Below, piece after piece: positions 1 to 11,654 of a stretch of DNA of 64,000 nucleotides. Made by a program: the position numbers and the translations under genes. Source of the stretch: an uncultured Candidatus Saccharibacteria bacterium (GTDB taxonomy: Bacteria; Patescibacteriota; Minisyncoccia; UBA6257; 2-01-FULL-56-20); contig CAZAFA010000001.1 of assembly GCA_964484655.1 (NCBI GenBank), positions 164,742-228,741 of the forward strand, written 5' to 3'. Position 1 is the first letter of the stretch, and every line of letters begins with the position of its first letter. The notes below the pieces were generated by a model. The model saw only the letters and a list, made by a program, of their open reading frames with translations, was not told the origin of the DNA and did not search any database.

Positions 1-76
1 TGAGCACGACCAGCCCGATCCCGATGAGGATCAGGATGATCGTGAGCAGCGTCGAGAGCATCTGCGTGAGCTCCAT
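1..76 (-). CDS. Partial membrane protein (N-terminus MELTQMLSTLLTIILILIGIGLVVL..., runs off window edge)
   Basis: ATG at 76 directly after the stop of the 78..281 ORF; hydrophobic N-terminal helix. Confidence 0.5.
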   Translation of the reverse strand, partial: MELTQMLSTLLTIILILIGIGLVVL

Positions 77-77
77 G

Positions 78-281
78 CTACTTGCTCGCGGCGATCATGC
101 GCTCGACCTCCTCGCGCGAGACGAGGCCCTTCTCCCGGATGGCCTTCTCCACCTCCTCGCGAATGACCTGCTCCATCATCGACTTGCTCTCCTTCGCCTG
201 CTCCATGAGCTGGCGGATCTGCTCGGGGCTCATGCCCTTGAGCATGTCCCCCGCTCCCTTCAGCTGTCCGAAGATGCTCAT
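78..281 (-). CDS. Small hypothetical protein (67 aa)
   Basis: Helical protein-like composition; 4-nt overlap with the upstream ORF. Confidence 0.65.
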   Translation of the reverse strand: MSIFGQLKGAGDMLKGMSPEQIRQLMEQAKESKSMMEQVIREEVEKAIREKGLVSREEVERMIAASK

Positions 282-526
282 GAGGCGCTCTCTTCCGCCG
301 CTGCCTCTCCGGCGCCCTCGCCCTCCTGCTCCCCGCGGCCGGCGATCAGGCGCTGGAGCTCCGCGACCTGGTCCGCCTTCTGGCGGGCGAGGTCGTCCCA
401 GAACGAGACAAGCTCCTCGTCCCCCGCGTCCTCGGCGTCCTGCCGGTAGTCGTTGACGATGCGCCAGAGGCTCTTGTGCTCCTGCACGGACTGCATCATC
501 AGGTTGTACACGTTGTTCTCATGCAT
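278..526 (-). CDS. Hypothetical protein, possibly short ferritin-like helical bundle (MHENNVYNLMMQ...)
   Basis: Start reassigned to ATG 526, preceded by TACACT 6 nt upstream; acidic amphipathic helices. Confidence 0.65.
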   Translation of the reverse strand: MHENNVYNLMMQSVQEHKSLWRIVNDYRQDAEDAGDEELVSFWDDLARQKADQVAELQRLIAGRGEQEGEGAGEAAAEESAS

Positions 527-548
527 GGCCCCAGTGTAGCATAGGCCC

Positions 549-881
549 ATGTTCCGAAGCTTCGCCAAGGAGTTCGAGGAGTTCGCGCTCCGCGGCAATG
601 TCCTCGAGCTCGCGATCGGCGTCATCATCGGCGCCTCGTTCCAGAAGATCGTCACGAGCCTCGTCAATGACGTCATCACCCCCTCGATCGGGGTCCTCCT
701 CGGCGGCCTGGACCTGACCAAGCTGTCGTGGGAGGTCGGCAGCGCGCACATCATGTACGGCGCGTTCATCCAGAGCCTCGTGGACTTCGTCCTCGTCGCG
801 CTCGCCATCTTCCTCTCGATCAAGGCGATCAACCGCCTCACGCGCGGCAAGGCGGTCAAGCTGGATAACCTGAAGAAGTAA
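549..881 (+). CDS. mscL: Large-conductance mechanosensitive channel
   Basis: FEEFALRGNVLELAIGVIIGASF and YGAFIQSLVDF motifs. Confidence 0.95.
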   Translation: MFRSFAKEFEEFALRGNVLELAIGVIIGASFQKIVTSLVNDVITPSIGVLLGGLDLTKLSWEVGSAHIMYGAFIQSLVDFVLVALAIFLSIKAINRLTRGKAVKLDNLKK

Positions 882-921
882 CGTTGCCCTGAGGCGCGTT
901 TTTCCGTACGGTAGACCGGCT

Positions 922-2397
922 ATGCCGAAGGAAAAGAGCGCGTCCCAGCTCGGCGAGACCGTCCTCCGCTTCGACGAGGTCTGGTTCGAGTACGGCAACC
1001 AGAAGCCGATCCTCGACGAGGCGTCCTTCAGCGTCCGGAAGAGCAGCAAGGTCACGCTCATGGGCCAGAACGGCGCGGGCAAGAGCACCATCTTCCAGCT
1101 GATCACCGGCGACCTCAAGCCGGGCGAGGGATCGGTCATCGTCGACAAGGACGCCTCGGTCGCCATCGCGCGCCAGGTGATCCCCCGCGGCGAGCTCGCG
1201 CTCTCCGTCCGCGACTTCTTCGGCTCCGTCTTCAAGGAGGTCCCGCGCGACCTCGACCGCCGCATCGCGAAGGTCCTCGACGCGGTCAACCTCGAGGCGG
1301 ACATCGCGAAGCCAGTCTCGTCCTTCTCGGGCGGCCAGCAGGCGCGCCTGCTGCTCGCGCAGGCGCTGATCCAGGAGCCGGACATCCTGCTCCTCGACGA
1401 GCCGACCAACAACCTCGACAAGGCCGGGATCGACCACCTGGTCGCCTTCCTGAAGGAGGCGGACGCCACGGTCCTGGTCATCAGCCACGACGCCGACTTC
1501 CTCAACGCCTTCTCGACCGGCGTCCTCTACCTGGACGTCTTCACGCGGAAGGTGGAGCAGTACACCGGGAACTACTTCTCCGTCATCAAGGAGATCCAGG
1601 CGCGGCTCGAGCGCGAGCGTCAGGCCAACGTACGCATCGAGAAGGACATCGCCCGGAGGAAGGAGCAAGCCAACTTCTTCGGCCAGAAGGGCGGCCACCT
1701 CCGCGACGTCGCCAAGAAGATGCGCGAGCGCATCGAGGAGCTCGAGGAGGAGAAGGTCGACGTGCGGCGCGAGGACAAGACCATCCGCGACTTCTCCATC
1801 CCCTGCCAGGACGAGCTCGGGCGCGTGCTCGTCGAGTTCAGGTCGCTCGAAGTCATGCGCAAGGACAAGGTCGCTGAGCGCCCGGTGAAGCTCGAGATGC
1901 GCAAGAACGAGCACCTGCACCTGATCGGCCCGAACGGGACCGGGAAGACGACGCTCCTGAGGAAGATCGTCGCGCGAGAGGCGCCGGGCGTCATCCTCCA
2001 GGAAGGCGTCTCGATCGGGTACTACGCGCAGGACTTCAGCAATCTCGACCCGGACAAGACCGTCTACGAGATCCTCCGCGACGCCATCCGCGGAGGCACG
2101 GACCAGGAGCTCCGCAGCCATGCCGCGGGATTCCTCCTGGATGCGCGCATCCTCGCCACGAAGCTCGGCGCACTCTCCGAGGGACAGAAGGGCCTCGTCT
2201 CGTTCGCACGCCTCGCGCTCATCAAGCCGGGCATCCTCGTCCTCGACGAGCCGACGAACCACATCAATTTCCGCCACCTGCCCGTGATCGCAAAGGCGCT
2301 CAGCAAGTTCGAGGGCGCGATGATCCTGGTCAGCCACGTGCCCGAGTTCGTGAAGCAGATCCGGATCGATCACGAGATCGACCTCGGGAAGATATAG
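922..2397 (+). CDS. ABC-F family ATP-binding protein
   Basis: Two ABC domains (GQNGAGKS / GPNGTGKT; LDEPTN twice) joined by a charged linker; no TM segments. Confidence 0.9.
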   Translation: MPKEKSASQLGETVLRFDEVWFEYGNQKPILDEASFSVRKSSKVTLMGQNGAGKSTIFQLITGDLKPGEGSVIVDKDASVAIARQVIPRGELALSVRDFFGSVFKEVPRDLDRRIAKVLDAVNLEADIAKPVSSFSGGQQARLLLAQALIQEPDILLLDEPTNNLDKAGIDHLVAFLKEADATVLVISHDADFLNAFSTGVLYLDVFTRKVEQYTGNYFSVIKEIQARLERERQANVRIEKDIARRKEQANFFGQKGGHLRDVAKKMRERIEELEEEKVDVRREDKTIRDFSIPCQDELGRVLVEFRSLEVMRKDKVAERPVKLEMRKNEHLHLIGPNGTGKTTLLRKIVAREAPGVILQEGVSIGYYAQDFSNLDPDKTVYEILRDAIRGGTDQELRSHAAGFLLDARILATKLGALSEGQKGLVSFARLALIKPGILVLDEPTNHINFRHLPVIAKALSKFEGAMILVSHVPEFVKQIRIDHEIDLGKI

Positions 2398-2421
2398 GAA
2401 GAGCCGCCGGAGCGGCTCTTC
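2398..2421. terminator. Probable bidirectional intrinsic terminator
   Basis: GAAGAGCCGC-CGGA-GCGGCTCTTC perfect stem between convergent genes. Confidence 0.75.
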
Positions 2422-2425
2422 TCGT

Positions 2426-2608
2426 TCAGACGATCCCGCCCAGCGGCGGACGCGGGCGCGGCTTCGCGAGCACGCAATAGATGATGCACGCGCCAGCGAG
2501 CAGGATGAGCCCGATGGAGCGCCATGCCGCGAGCGCCTGCGTCCACGCGGTGACGATGCCTGCCAGCAGCGAAAGCAGGCCGATGAATCCGATCAAGCTG
2601 CGTCTCAT
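2426..2608 (-). CDS. Small two-TM membrane protein
   Basis: Two hydrophobic helices; SD AAGGAG and TTGCCA-16nt-CATAAT promoter-like element upstream. Confidence 0.6.
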   Translation of the reverse strand: MRRSLIGFIGLLSLLAGIVTAWTQALAAWRSIGLILLAGACIIYCVLAKPRPRPPLGGIV

Positions 2609-2673
2609 ATGTTCCGTTTTCTCCTTGCCGTTCCGGCTGCCGGGATTATGAGCGCCACGCGCCGCCTGGCAAC

Positions 2674-3942
2674 CTAGGCCCTTCCCCGGTATCCCCCGCT
2701 CCGCTTCCGCGGCGCGCTCCTGGGGCGCTGGTACTGCCGGCTGCGGCGCGCCTTGTGCATGCGGTTCACGTCGCGCTGGATGCCGAATGCTCCCGGGACC
2801 GGAATGTCGGCGGCCTCGACTCCCGGCAGGTCCTTCGGGAGCTTCGAGGTCGGGATGGACATCCGGATGACCCGCTCGATCTCGCGGACGTCAGCCTTCT
2901 GGTCGGGGGCCGCGAACGAGACCGCGTGTCCCACGCCGTCCGCGCGCCCGGTGCGGCCGATGCGGTGCACGTAGTCCTCGGCGACGCTCGGGAGGTCGAA
3001 GTTCACCACGAGCTCGATGCCCCGCACGTCGATGCCGCGCGCGGCGATGTCGGTCGCGACCAGGACGCGGTACGTGCCGCTCCGGAACCCCTCGAGCGCG
3101 TCCTTGCGCTGCGCGAGGCTCCGGTTGCCGTGCAGCTCGGCGGAGGTGAGCCCGAGGCGGCGCAGCTGCATCGCGAGCCGCTTCGCGCCATGCTTGGTCC
3201 GCGTGAATACCAGGATGGCGCCGCGGTACTCGTCCGCGAGCTTCTTGAGGAGCGGCAGGCGCTGGGCGCGCTGCACGAAGAACAGCTCCTGGGTCACCCG
3301 CTCAGAGGTCGTCCCCTGCTGCGCGATCTCGACGCGCGTGGGCGTCTGCATGTAGCCGGCGGCGATCTTCACGATCGCGTCCGGCAGCGTAGCGGAGAAG
3401 AGCATCGTCTGCCGCCTGTCTGGGACCTGCGCGAGGATGCGGTTGATCTGCGGCAGGAAGCCCATGTCGAGCATGCGGTCCGCTTCGTCGAGCACGAGGC
3501 CGCTGACCGTGCGGAGCGAGAGCGTCCGCTGCTCGAGATGGTCGTTGATGCGGCCGGGCGTGCCGATGACGATCTTCGGGCCGCGACGGAGCGCCGCCAC
3601 CTGGCGGTTCATGCTCTCGCCACCGATGAGCGTAGCGAAGCGGATCTTGAGCGGCCTGCCGATGCGCTCCAGCTCCTGGTTGACCTGCAAGGCGAGCTCG
3701 CGCGTCGGGAGGACGACGAGGCCTTCCTTGCCTTGGAGCGCGCGCTGCAGGAGCGGGATGCCGAAGGCGAGGGTCTTGCCCGTGCCGGTCTGGGCGATGC
3801 CGATCAGGTCCTCGCCCGCGAGGGTCGCCGGGAGCGACTGGAGCTGGATGGGCGTGGGCGAGACGAACTTGAGCGCGTCGAGCTCCGCGAGGATGGCGGG
3901 CGCGATGCCCAGCCCGTGGAAGCTGCTAGGTGAATCCTTCAT
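2674..3942 (-). CDS. DEAD-box RNA helicase (RhlE-like)
   Basis: AQTGTGKT, PTRELA, DEAD, SAT, HRIGRTGR motifs; basic C-tail; start set at MKDS. Confidence 0.93.
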   Translation of the reverse strand: MKDSPSSFHGLGIAPAILAELDALKFVSPTPIQLQSLPATLAGEDLIGIAQTGTGKTLAFGIPLLQRALQGKEGLVVLPTRELALQVNQELERIGRPLKIRFATLIGGESMNRQVAALRRGPKIVIGTPGRINDHLEQRTLSLRTVSGLVLDEADRMLDMGFLPQINRILAQVPDRRQTMLFSATLPDAIVKIAAGYMQTPTRVEIAQQGTTSERVTQELFFVQRAQRLPLLKKLADEYRGAILVFTRTKHGAKRLAMQLRRLGLTSAELHGNRSLAQRKDALEGFRSGTYRVLVATDIAARGIDVRGIELVVNFDLPSVAEDYVHRIGRTGRADGVGHAVSFAAPDQKADVREIERVIRMSIPTSKLPKDLPGVEAADIPVPGAFGIQRDVNRMHKARRSRQYQRPRSAPRKRSGGYRGRA

Positions 3943-3985
3943 ATCCGAGAGCCTACCAGCTGCAGCGGCGTGATACCATGCGCCC

Positions 3986-4447
3986 ATGCTCGCTCCCGGA
4001 GACTCCGCCCCCGACTTCTCGCTCCCCGACCAGGACGGGAAGACGCACGCGCTCGCCGACTACCGCGGCCGCCGCGTCCTGCTCTACTTCTATCCCAAGG
4101 ACGACACGCCGGGATGCACGACCGAGGCATGCGCGATCCGGGACGCGTTCGCCTCCTTCGAGGACGGCGGCATCGCCGTGCTCGGCATCAGCGCGGACAG
4201 CGCCGCACGACACCGGAAGTTCGCCGACAAGTACGCGCTCCCCTTCCCGCTCCTGTCCGATCCGAAGCACGCGACGATCGAGCGGTATGGCGCTTGGCAG
4301 GAGAAGCGCATGATGGGCCGTACGTACATGGGCATCGCCAGGATCTCGTACCTGATCGGACCCGACGGACTGATCGAGCGCGCGTACGGCTCCGTGAAGC
4401 CCGCCGAGCACGCCGGCGAGGTGCTTGCCGACGCCGCGGCTTCGTGA
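3986..4447 (+). CDS. bcp: Thioredoxin-dependent thiol peroxidase (Bcp/PrxQ)
   Basis: [16 protein letters not shown] motif. Confidence 0.93.
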   Translation: MLAPGDSAPDFSLPDQDGKTHALADYRGRRVLLYFYPKDDTPGCTTEACAIRDAFASFEDGGIAVLGISADSAARHRKFADKYALPFPLLSDPKHATIERYGAWQEKRMMGRTYMGIARISYLIGPDGLIERAYGSVKPAEHAGEVLADAAAS

Positions 4448-4464
4448 CCTGCTATACTTCCGGC

Positions 4465-4629
4465 ATGAACTTCGTCATGAAGGAATTCGTCTCTCGCGAG
4501 CACCACGGCCACCGGGGCGTGCGAAGCTCGATGATCGCGAGCGCGCTCGCCGGCTTCGTCGCCGGCGCCGCGGTCGCCAGCATCGTCTTCCTCACCGGGA
4601 TCGCGTTCTCGGTGAATTTCTTCCAATAG
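4465..4629 (+). CDS. Small single-TM protein (54 aa)
   Basis: TATACT 6 nt upstream of ATG; C-terminal hydrophobic helix. Confidence 0.55.
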   Translation: MNFVMKEFVSREHHGHRGVRSSMIASALAGFVAGAAVASIVFLTGIAFSVNFFQ

Positions 4630-4630
4630 G

Positions 4631-5236
4631 CTAATAGCCGAGCAGGGTACGGATATCAGCTGCGTACGCGATGGCTATAAGCGTCGCGATCATGAACGGG
4701 GCGCCGAGCGTCGTGAGGCTCTTCTTCAGGACGAGCATCCGGAACAGCGAGAGCACGACGAGCGCCACGGCCGCGAGCGGCGCCATGACGAGCGCGTCCG
4801 GCCAGCCGGCCGCGAACACGAGCAGCGCCGTGAGCTCCTGCTCGCCCTCGTCGAGGTAGCGCTCGGACTTCCTCCGGAGCGCGCCCGCGAACGCGTACCA
4901 CAGCCCGGCGAGGACCGTGCCGAGGAAGGGGGCGAGCCAGTAGCGGTCGAGCACGTACGAGACGAAATAGCCGAAGCTCCGATGCGGCGGCAGGAGGAGC
5001 TTGCCGAACGACGAGGCTGCCCAGGCCTGGTATTGCGCCAGCGTCAGGAAGCCGGCGACCAGGACGCTCGCGGCGATCGCCGCGATGCCGATGACGATCA
5101 GAACGCGACGCAGGCGCTCGCTCGGCCTGAGGAGGAGATACGCCGCGATGACGGCCACGGCGACGCCGAGCGAGACCGCCGCGCGCCCGTTGAGGAATAT
5201 CCAGGCCGCCGCGTAGCTCGCGTAGAGGTGATCCAT
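4631..5236 (-). CDS. Polytopic membrane protein resembling the prepilin peptidase (A24) C-terminal region but without the GxGD motif
   Basis: Multiple TM helices; ...YLDEGEQELTALLVFAAGW...TLGAPFMIA; TATAAT 7 nt before ATG. Confidence 0.65.
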   Translation of the reverse strand: MDHLYASYAAAWIFLNGRAAVSLGVAVAVIAAYLLLRPSERLRRVLIVIGIAAIAASVLVAGFLTLAQYQAWAASSFGKLLLPPHRSFGYFVSYVLDRYWLAPFLGTVLAGLWYAFAGALRRKSERYLDEGEQELTALLVFAAGWPDALVMAPLAAVALVVLSLFRMLVLKKSLTTLGAPFMIATLIAIAYAADIRTLLGY

Positions 5237-5268
5237 GGCGGCCATTATACCCGAGCCGCATGAAAAGC

Positions 5269-5289
5269 GAGCCCGCATGATGCGGGCTC
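5269..5289 (-). terminator. Intrinsic terminator of the 3D-domain gene
   Basis: GAGCCCGCA-TGA-TGCGGGCTC stem followed by a T-run on the minus strand. Confidence 0.7.
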
Positions 5290-5305
5290 TAGGATTGTTG
5301 GTGTT

Positions 5306-5866
5306 TCATTTGTTTGCGGCGACCAGGCTTGCCAGCCGCTCTTCCTGCACCTGCTTGAGCGCCTGGACGGGCGTCTCGCAGGATTCCGACGGTTCCCAGG
5401 AATTGATCGCGTAGCTCGCGAAGAATTCCTCCTGCAGCGGCGTCTCGTCCTCGACGTAGACGTAGACCTCCGCCCAGCGCGTTCCGAACTGGAGCGCGGA
5501 CCTATGCGACGGGAAGCGGATGTCGAATTGCAGGAGACCCTTCCGGGCCATCTTGCGCATCCCTCCGCCCGTGTCATCCACGATCCGGTACTGATTGGCG
5601 ACGCCCGCGACCGGCACGTACACGTACGATCCGAGAGGGACGAGCCAGTTCGCCGAGGCGACCCCGACCGGCTTCCGGGCATCGGTGCCCATCGCCGTCC
5701 TCTTCGCGGCAGCGTACTTCTCGCAGCACTTGCTGCAGGTGCAGTACGCCGTCAGCTTCGCGCGCACCAGGTGGACCCTGGCATCCTTCCTGACCTGGGC
5801 AGCGGCTGCCCCGGCCAATGCGACCACAATGATTATTCCGAATAAAATATAGTTCCTCGTTCTCAA
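5306..5866 (-). CDS. Secreted/membrane-anchored 3D (Asp-Asp-Asp) domain protein, putative lytic transglycosylase-like
   Basis: N-terminal signal/TM; LTAYC..., TAMG, PLGS.VYVP, DDTGG, FDI motifs; TTG start with SD GGAGGT. Confidence 0.8.
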   Translation of the reverse strand: MRTRNYILFGIIIVVALAGAAAAQVRKDARVHLVRAKLTAYCTCSKCCEKYAAAKRTAMGTDARKPVGVASANWLVPLGSYVYVPVAGVANQYRIVDDTGGGMRKMARKGLLQFDIRFPSHRSALQFGTRWAEVYVYVEDETPLQEEFFASYAINSWEPSESCETPVQALKQVQEERLASLVAANK

Positions 5867-5914
5867 AATTCCTTACCTCCCTTTCGTTCTGTCCGCTAAT
5901 TGCTTAGCGGATAT

Positions 5915-5943
5915 ATAATACCATAGATATATTGTTCTGGCAA
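5915..5943 (-). promoter_or_regulatory. Sigma70-type promoter of the 3D-domain gene
   Basis: TTGCCA-17nt-TATTAT on the minus strand with TG extension. Confidence 0.65.
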
Positions 5944-5949
5944 GATGCT

Positions 5950-7143
5950 TCAGAAGAACATCTCCCTTCCGCGGACCTTCCGATGGTAGGCCACGGCGAA
6001 GCGGTGCGCCTCGTCCCGCACCCTGATCAGGGTCTCCGCCTCTATGGCGTGCGGGATGGCGCCTATGAGGTCGTTACGCTTCCGCTCCGCGCCCTTGGCG
6101 ATGCCGACGACGGGCACCTTCACCTGTCGCTCGGCGAGCAGCCTCCGCACCGCGTGCACCTGCCCCGCTCCCCCGTCGATGAGGAACAGGTCCGGGAGCG
6201 GCCACTCCGGATGGTTCAGGCGCCGGTCCAGGACCTCGACGAGCGACGCGTAGTCGTCCGCCCCCTCGACGCGCCTGATCCGGAACTTCCGGTACTGGCT
6301 CTTGTCCGGCTTCCCGTCCGTGAAGACCACCATGGACCCGACGGACTGGTTGCCCATCGTGTTCGAGATGTCGTACCCCTCGATCCGGACGCTCCGCTCC
6401 CGGTCCCGGCGCACCTCCTCGCGCGTGAGGATCGCGGCGTCGTTGACGTGCTCGAGCTGGAAGAGCATCCGCTTGATGCTCTCGGCCTTCTCGAAGTCGA
6501 GCTTCAGCGCTGCCTGGCGCATCTCGCGCCGCAACTGCGCGATGAGCTGCTTCTGCTTTCCGGCGAGGAAGAGCTCGAGCTTGCGGATGCTCGCGCGGTA
6601 CGTGCGCTTGTCGATCAATCCCGCGCAGGTGCCCGGGCAGAGGCCGATATGGACGTCGAAGCAGGGCCGGTCGCCCGGCTTCCCTGCCGGATGCGTCGCG
6701 TACGGGATGATGCGGCGGATGATGCGCATCCCCTCCTTGATCGAGCGCTCGGCAAGGAACGGGCCGTACCGGCGGCCGCGGATCGGGCTCCTCCCGCGCA
6801 CGAACTGGATGCGCGGGAAGTCCTCGTCCGTCACCTCGACGTAGCAGAAGGACGAGTCGTCCTTCTCCATGATGTTGTAGAAGGGCTGGAACTCCTTGAT
6901 GCGCGCGGCCTCAACGATGAGAGCCTCGAGGGCGCTCCCCGTCCGCTCGATCTCGATGCGGTCCACCTCCTGGACGAGCTGGCTGATGCGCCGATCCTGC
7001 GGGCGCGTGAAGTAGCTGCTGACGCGGCGCTTCAGGTTCACGGCCTTGCCGACGTAGATGACCCTCCCCTTCGCGTCGTACATCTTGTAGACGCCCGGCG
7101 TCGCGGGAAGGTCCTCGAAGAGATGCCTCTTGTCGTCGTTCAC
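5950..7143 (-). CDS. uvrC: Excinuclease ABC subunit C (short form lacking C-terminal HhH)
   Basis: GIY-YIG (GVYKMY...IYVGKA), UVR coiled coil, RIEGYDISN and DLFLIDGG..Q, RDEAHRFA. Confidence 0.88.
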   Translation of the reverse strand: MNDDKRHLFEDLPATPGVYKMYDAKGRVIYVGKAVNLKRRVSSYFTRPQDRRISQLVQEVDRIEIERTGSALEALIVEAARIKEFQPFYNIMEKDDSSFCYVEVTDEDFPRIQFVRGRSPIRGRRYGPFLAERSIKEGMRIIRRIIPYATHPAGKPGDRPCFDVHIGLCPGTCAGLIDKRTYRASIRKLELFLAGKQKQLIAQLRREMRQAALKLDFEKAESIKRMLFQLEHVNDAAILTREEVRRDRERSVRIEGYDISNTMGNQSVGSMVVFTDGKPDKSQYRKFRIRRVEGADDYASLVEVLDRRLNHPEWPLPDLFLIDGGAGQVHAVRRLLAERQVKVPVVGIAKGAERKRNDLIGAIPHAIEAETLIRVRDEAHRFAVAYHRKVRGREMFF

Positions 7144-7176
7144 GAGGCCAGTGTAGCCGTCCGGGCGGCAGGTCGC

Positions 7177-9738
<2,562 letters not shown>

Positions 9739-9779
9739 CGGGATAGTTCCCGAACTATAGCCTGCAGGCCGTCCGCGGG

Positions 9780-10226
9780 CTAGCGGATGACCCGAACCGT
9801 CTCCCCGATCTCGGCCGAGGGAGCGGAAAGGGTCACCTGGCCGGTACTCGTGCTCCGCGAGACCAGGTAGCCGGTGTCGTAGTCGCTCGGGCTCGCGTAG
9901 CGTCCCGCAGGGTCCTTGGGGTCATAGGGCAGCGCGCTTACGTAGGCCGGCACCAGGCAGGGGCCGATGTCGTAGCCGCCGCTCGCCGCCATGCGGGTCG
10001 GGCTTGCCGGGATCGGCCCAGCAGCGCAGATGAAGCTGCCCGTACCGCTCTCGGCGATGTTCTGGCGAATCGCATTCATGAGTGCCTGGAGATGGAGTTC
10101 TCGCTGCGCGTTGCGCGCGCTCGCGACCTGCCTAAATGGATCCATCGCGACCACGACGATGCCGCCTATCATGGCCAGGATCGCGAGGCTGATGACTATC
10201 TCGATGAGGGTGAGGCCGCGTCGCAT
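9780..10226 (-). CDS. Type IV pilin / pseudopilin
   Basis: Class III signal MRRG|LTLIEI with hydrophobic helix; C-terminal Cys pair. Confidence 0.85.
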   Translation of the reverse strand: MRRGLTLIEIVISLAILAMIGGIVVVAMDPFRQVASARNAQRELHLQALMNAIRQNIAESGTGSFICAAGPIPASPTRMAASGGYDIGPCLVPAYVSALPYDPKDPAGRYASPSDYDTGYLVSRSTSTGQVTLSAPSAEIGETVRVIR

Positions 10227-10235
10227 GCGCTGAGT

Positions 10236-11654
10236 CTACTCCACTTCTCGCCAGCTGAGCAGCGCGTATTGCTCCGAGGCGAGCGGGAACCCTGGCGGAG
10301 GCGCGTACAGGAGCGAGGCGTCGTAGACGAGGCTGCGTGCCAGATACCCGGTGTTGTCGGTATAGGCGAACCCGTACCGTCCGTTGGTGATGATCGACCC
10401 GTAGCTCGTGAGCTGCGCGCGTACGGCGTTGGTGCCGCAGTAGCTGCTCCCGGAACGGTAGTAGTATCGGCCGGCGCGTCCGTTCTGCGCAACGAGCGCG
10501 GCGTCGATCCTGAGGTCGTCCTCGCTGTAGAGGCCGACGTTGAGATTGTTCTGGGCGATGAGCGCGAGCGCCGCGGATCCGTCGTATGCGGCGTAGGTGA
10601 TATCGCCGTTGACGGTTATGCTCGCGTACGTGGCGCTGCTCGCGGGGAACCTCCCCGCAGCGACCGTGAGATGGCGCCCGGAGACCTGCCCGCTCACCCA
10701 GAGATGGTCCTCCACGAAGATGACGCCGCTTGCCGGCAACGGAGCTCCCGTCGACACCGCGGTCCGGTTCTGCACGCTCCAGGTCCCCCATCCTGCCTGC
10801 GACTGCGAGTTCGTGCAGCCGCTCGGCGGATTCCGGAGCGAGGTCACGCGGTACAGGTCGTAAGTCGAGGCGTGCAGGACCAGCTCGTATCCCTGGCTGC
10901 CGGACGGCCCGACGTACAGCCCGCCCGACTGCGCCGCCGCCTTGAGGTCCGACAGGTCCTGCGTGATACCGGCGAAATCGATAGCCGGGAGCGGGAACTG
11001 GCGACCGCCACGGAAGACGTCCTGGCGGGCGGGCAACGCCGCGTTCGGCAGCGGATCGACCGTTCCGAGGTGGGTATGCACGCCGTACTCGTCGGCGCCC
11101 GCATGATCGGGATCGTCGTAGGTCATCGCCGCGCTCTTGACCGCGTTATGCGCTAGCCCGTCGAAGCGTATGCCGCCGTTGCTGAATATCTCGCCGTAGA
11201 CCTCCGTGCCCTCTCCGAACCGCAGCGCCGCGTTCGCCGCGACCGCGTACCGCGCGAGCGACGGCTTCCCGAGCAGTACCTCGATCACCTTGCGGTTCCC
11301 GCTGTCTCCCGCGACAGAGCCGCTGCTCCTGATGCGAACCATGGACGTGCTGGTCACGGGCGTTATTTCAAGCGAGAACGTGCCGAGGACGCGGCCGTCA
11401 CGGGAACGGTACTCGTGCACGTACGGGCCAGGCTGGCCCGTGCCGTCCTGGTAGTCCGTCGGAGCATGCGCCAGGTGCCAGCGGTAGTACTCGATCCCCG
11501 CCTCGGCGATCGAGAAGGCAAGTGTGCGGTTGAGCTTCCGTGTGCTCAGCTCGAGGAACGAGACCGCGAGGAACGTGAAGCCGGTGATCATGACCACCAC
11601 GACGGCGGCGAGTACGAGGACCTGGAGGCTGACCTGACCGTCCTCCCTATTCAT
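10236..11654 (-). CDS. PilX/GspK-like minor pilin with large C-terminal domain
   Basis: MNREDG|QVSLQVLV..., AFSIAEAGIE PilX-type motif, terminal SWREVE. Confidence 0.75.
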   Translation of the reverse strand: MNREDGQVSLQVLVLAAVVVVMITGFTFLAVSFLELSTRKLNRTLAFSIAEAGIEYYRWHLAHAPTDYQDGTGQPGPYVHEYRSRDGRVLGTFSLEITPVTSTSMVRIRSSGSVAGDSGNRKVIEVLLGKPSLARYAVAANAALRFGEGTEVYGEIFSNGGIRFDGLAHNAVKSAAMTYDDPDHAGADEYGVHTHLGTVDPLPNAALPARQDVFRGGRQFPLPAIDFAGITQDLSDLKAAAQSGGLYVGPSGSQGYELVLHASTYDLYRVTSLRNPPSGCTNSQSQAGWGTWSVQNRTAVSTGAPLPASGVIFVEDHLWVSGQVSGRHLTVAAGRFPASSATYASITVNGDITYAAYDGSAALALIAQNNLNVGLYSEDDLRIDAALVAQNGRAGRYYYRSGSSYCGTNAVRAQLTSYGSIITNGRYGFAYTDNTGYLARSLVYDASLLYAPPPGFPLASEQYALLSWREVE

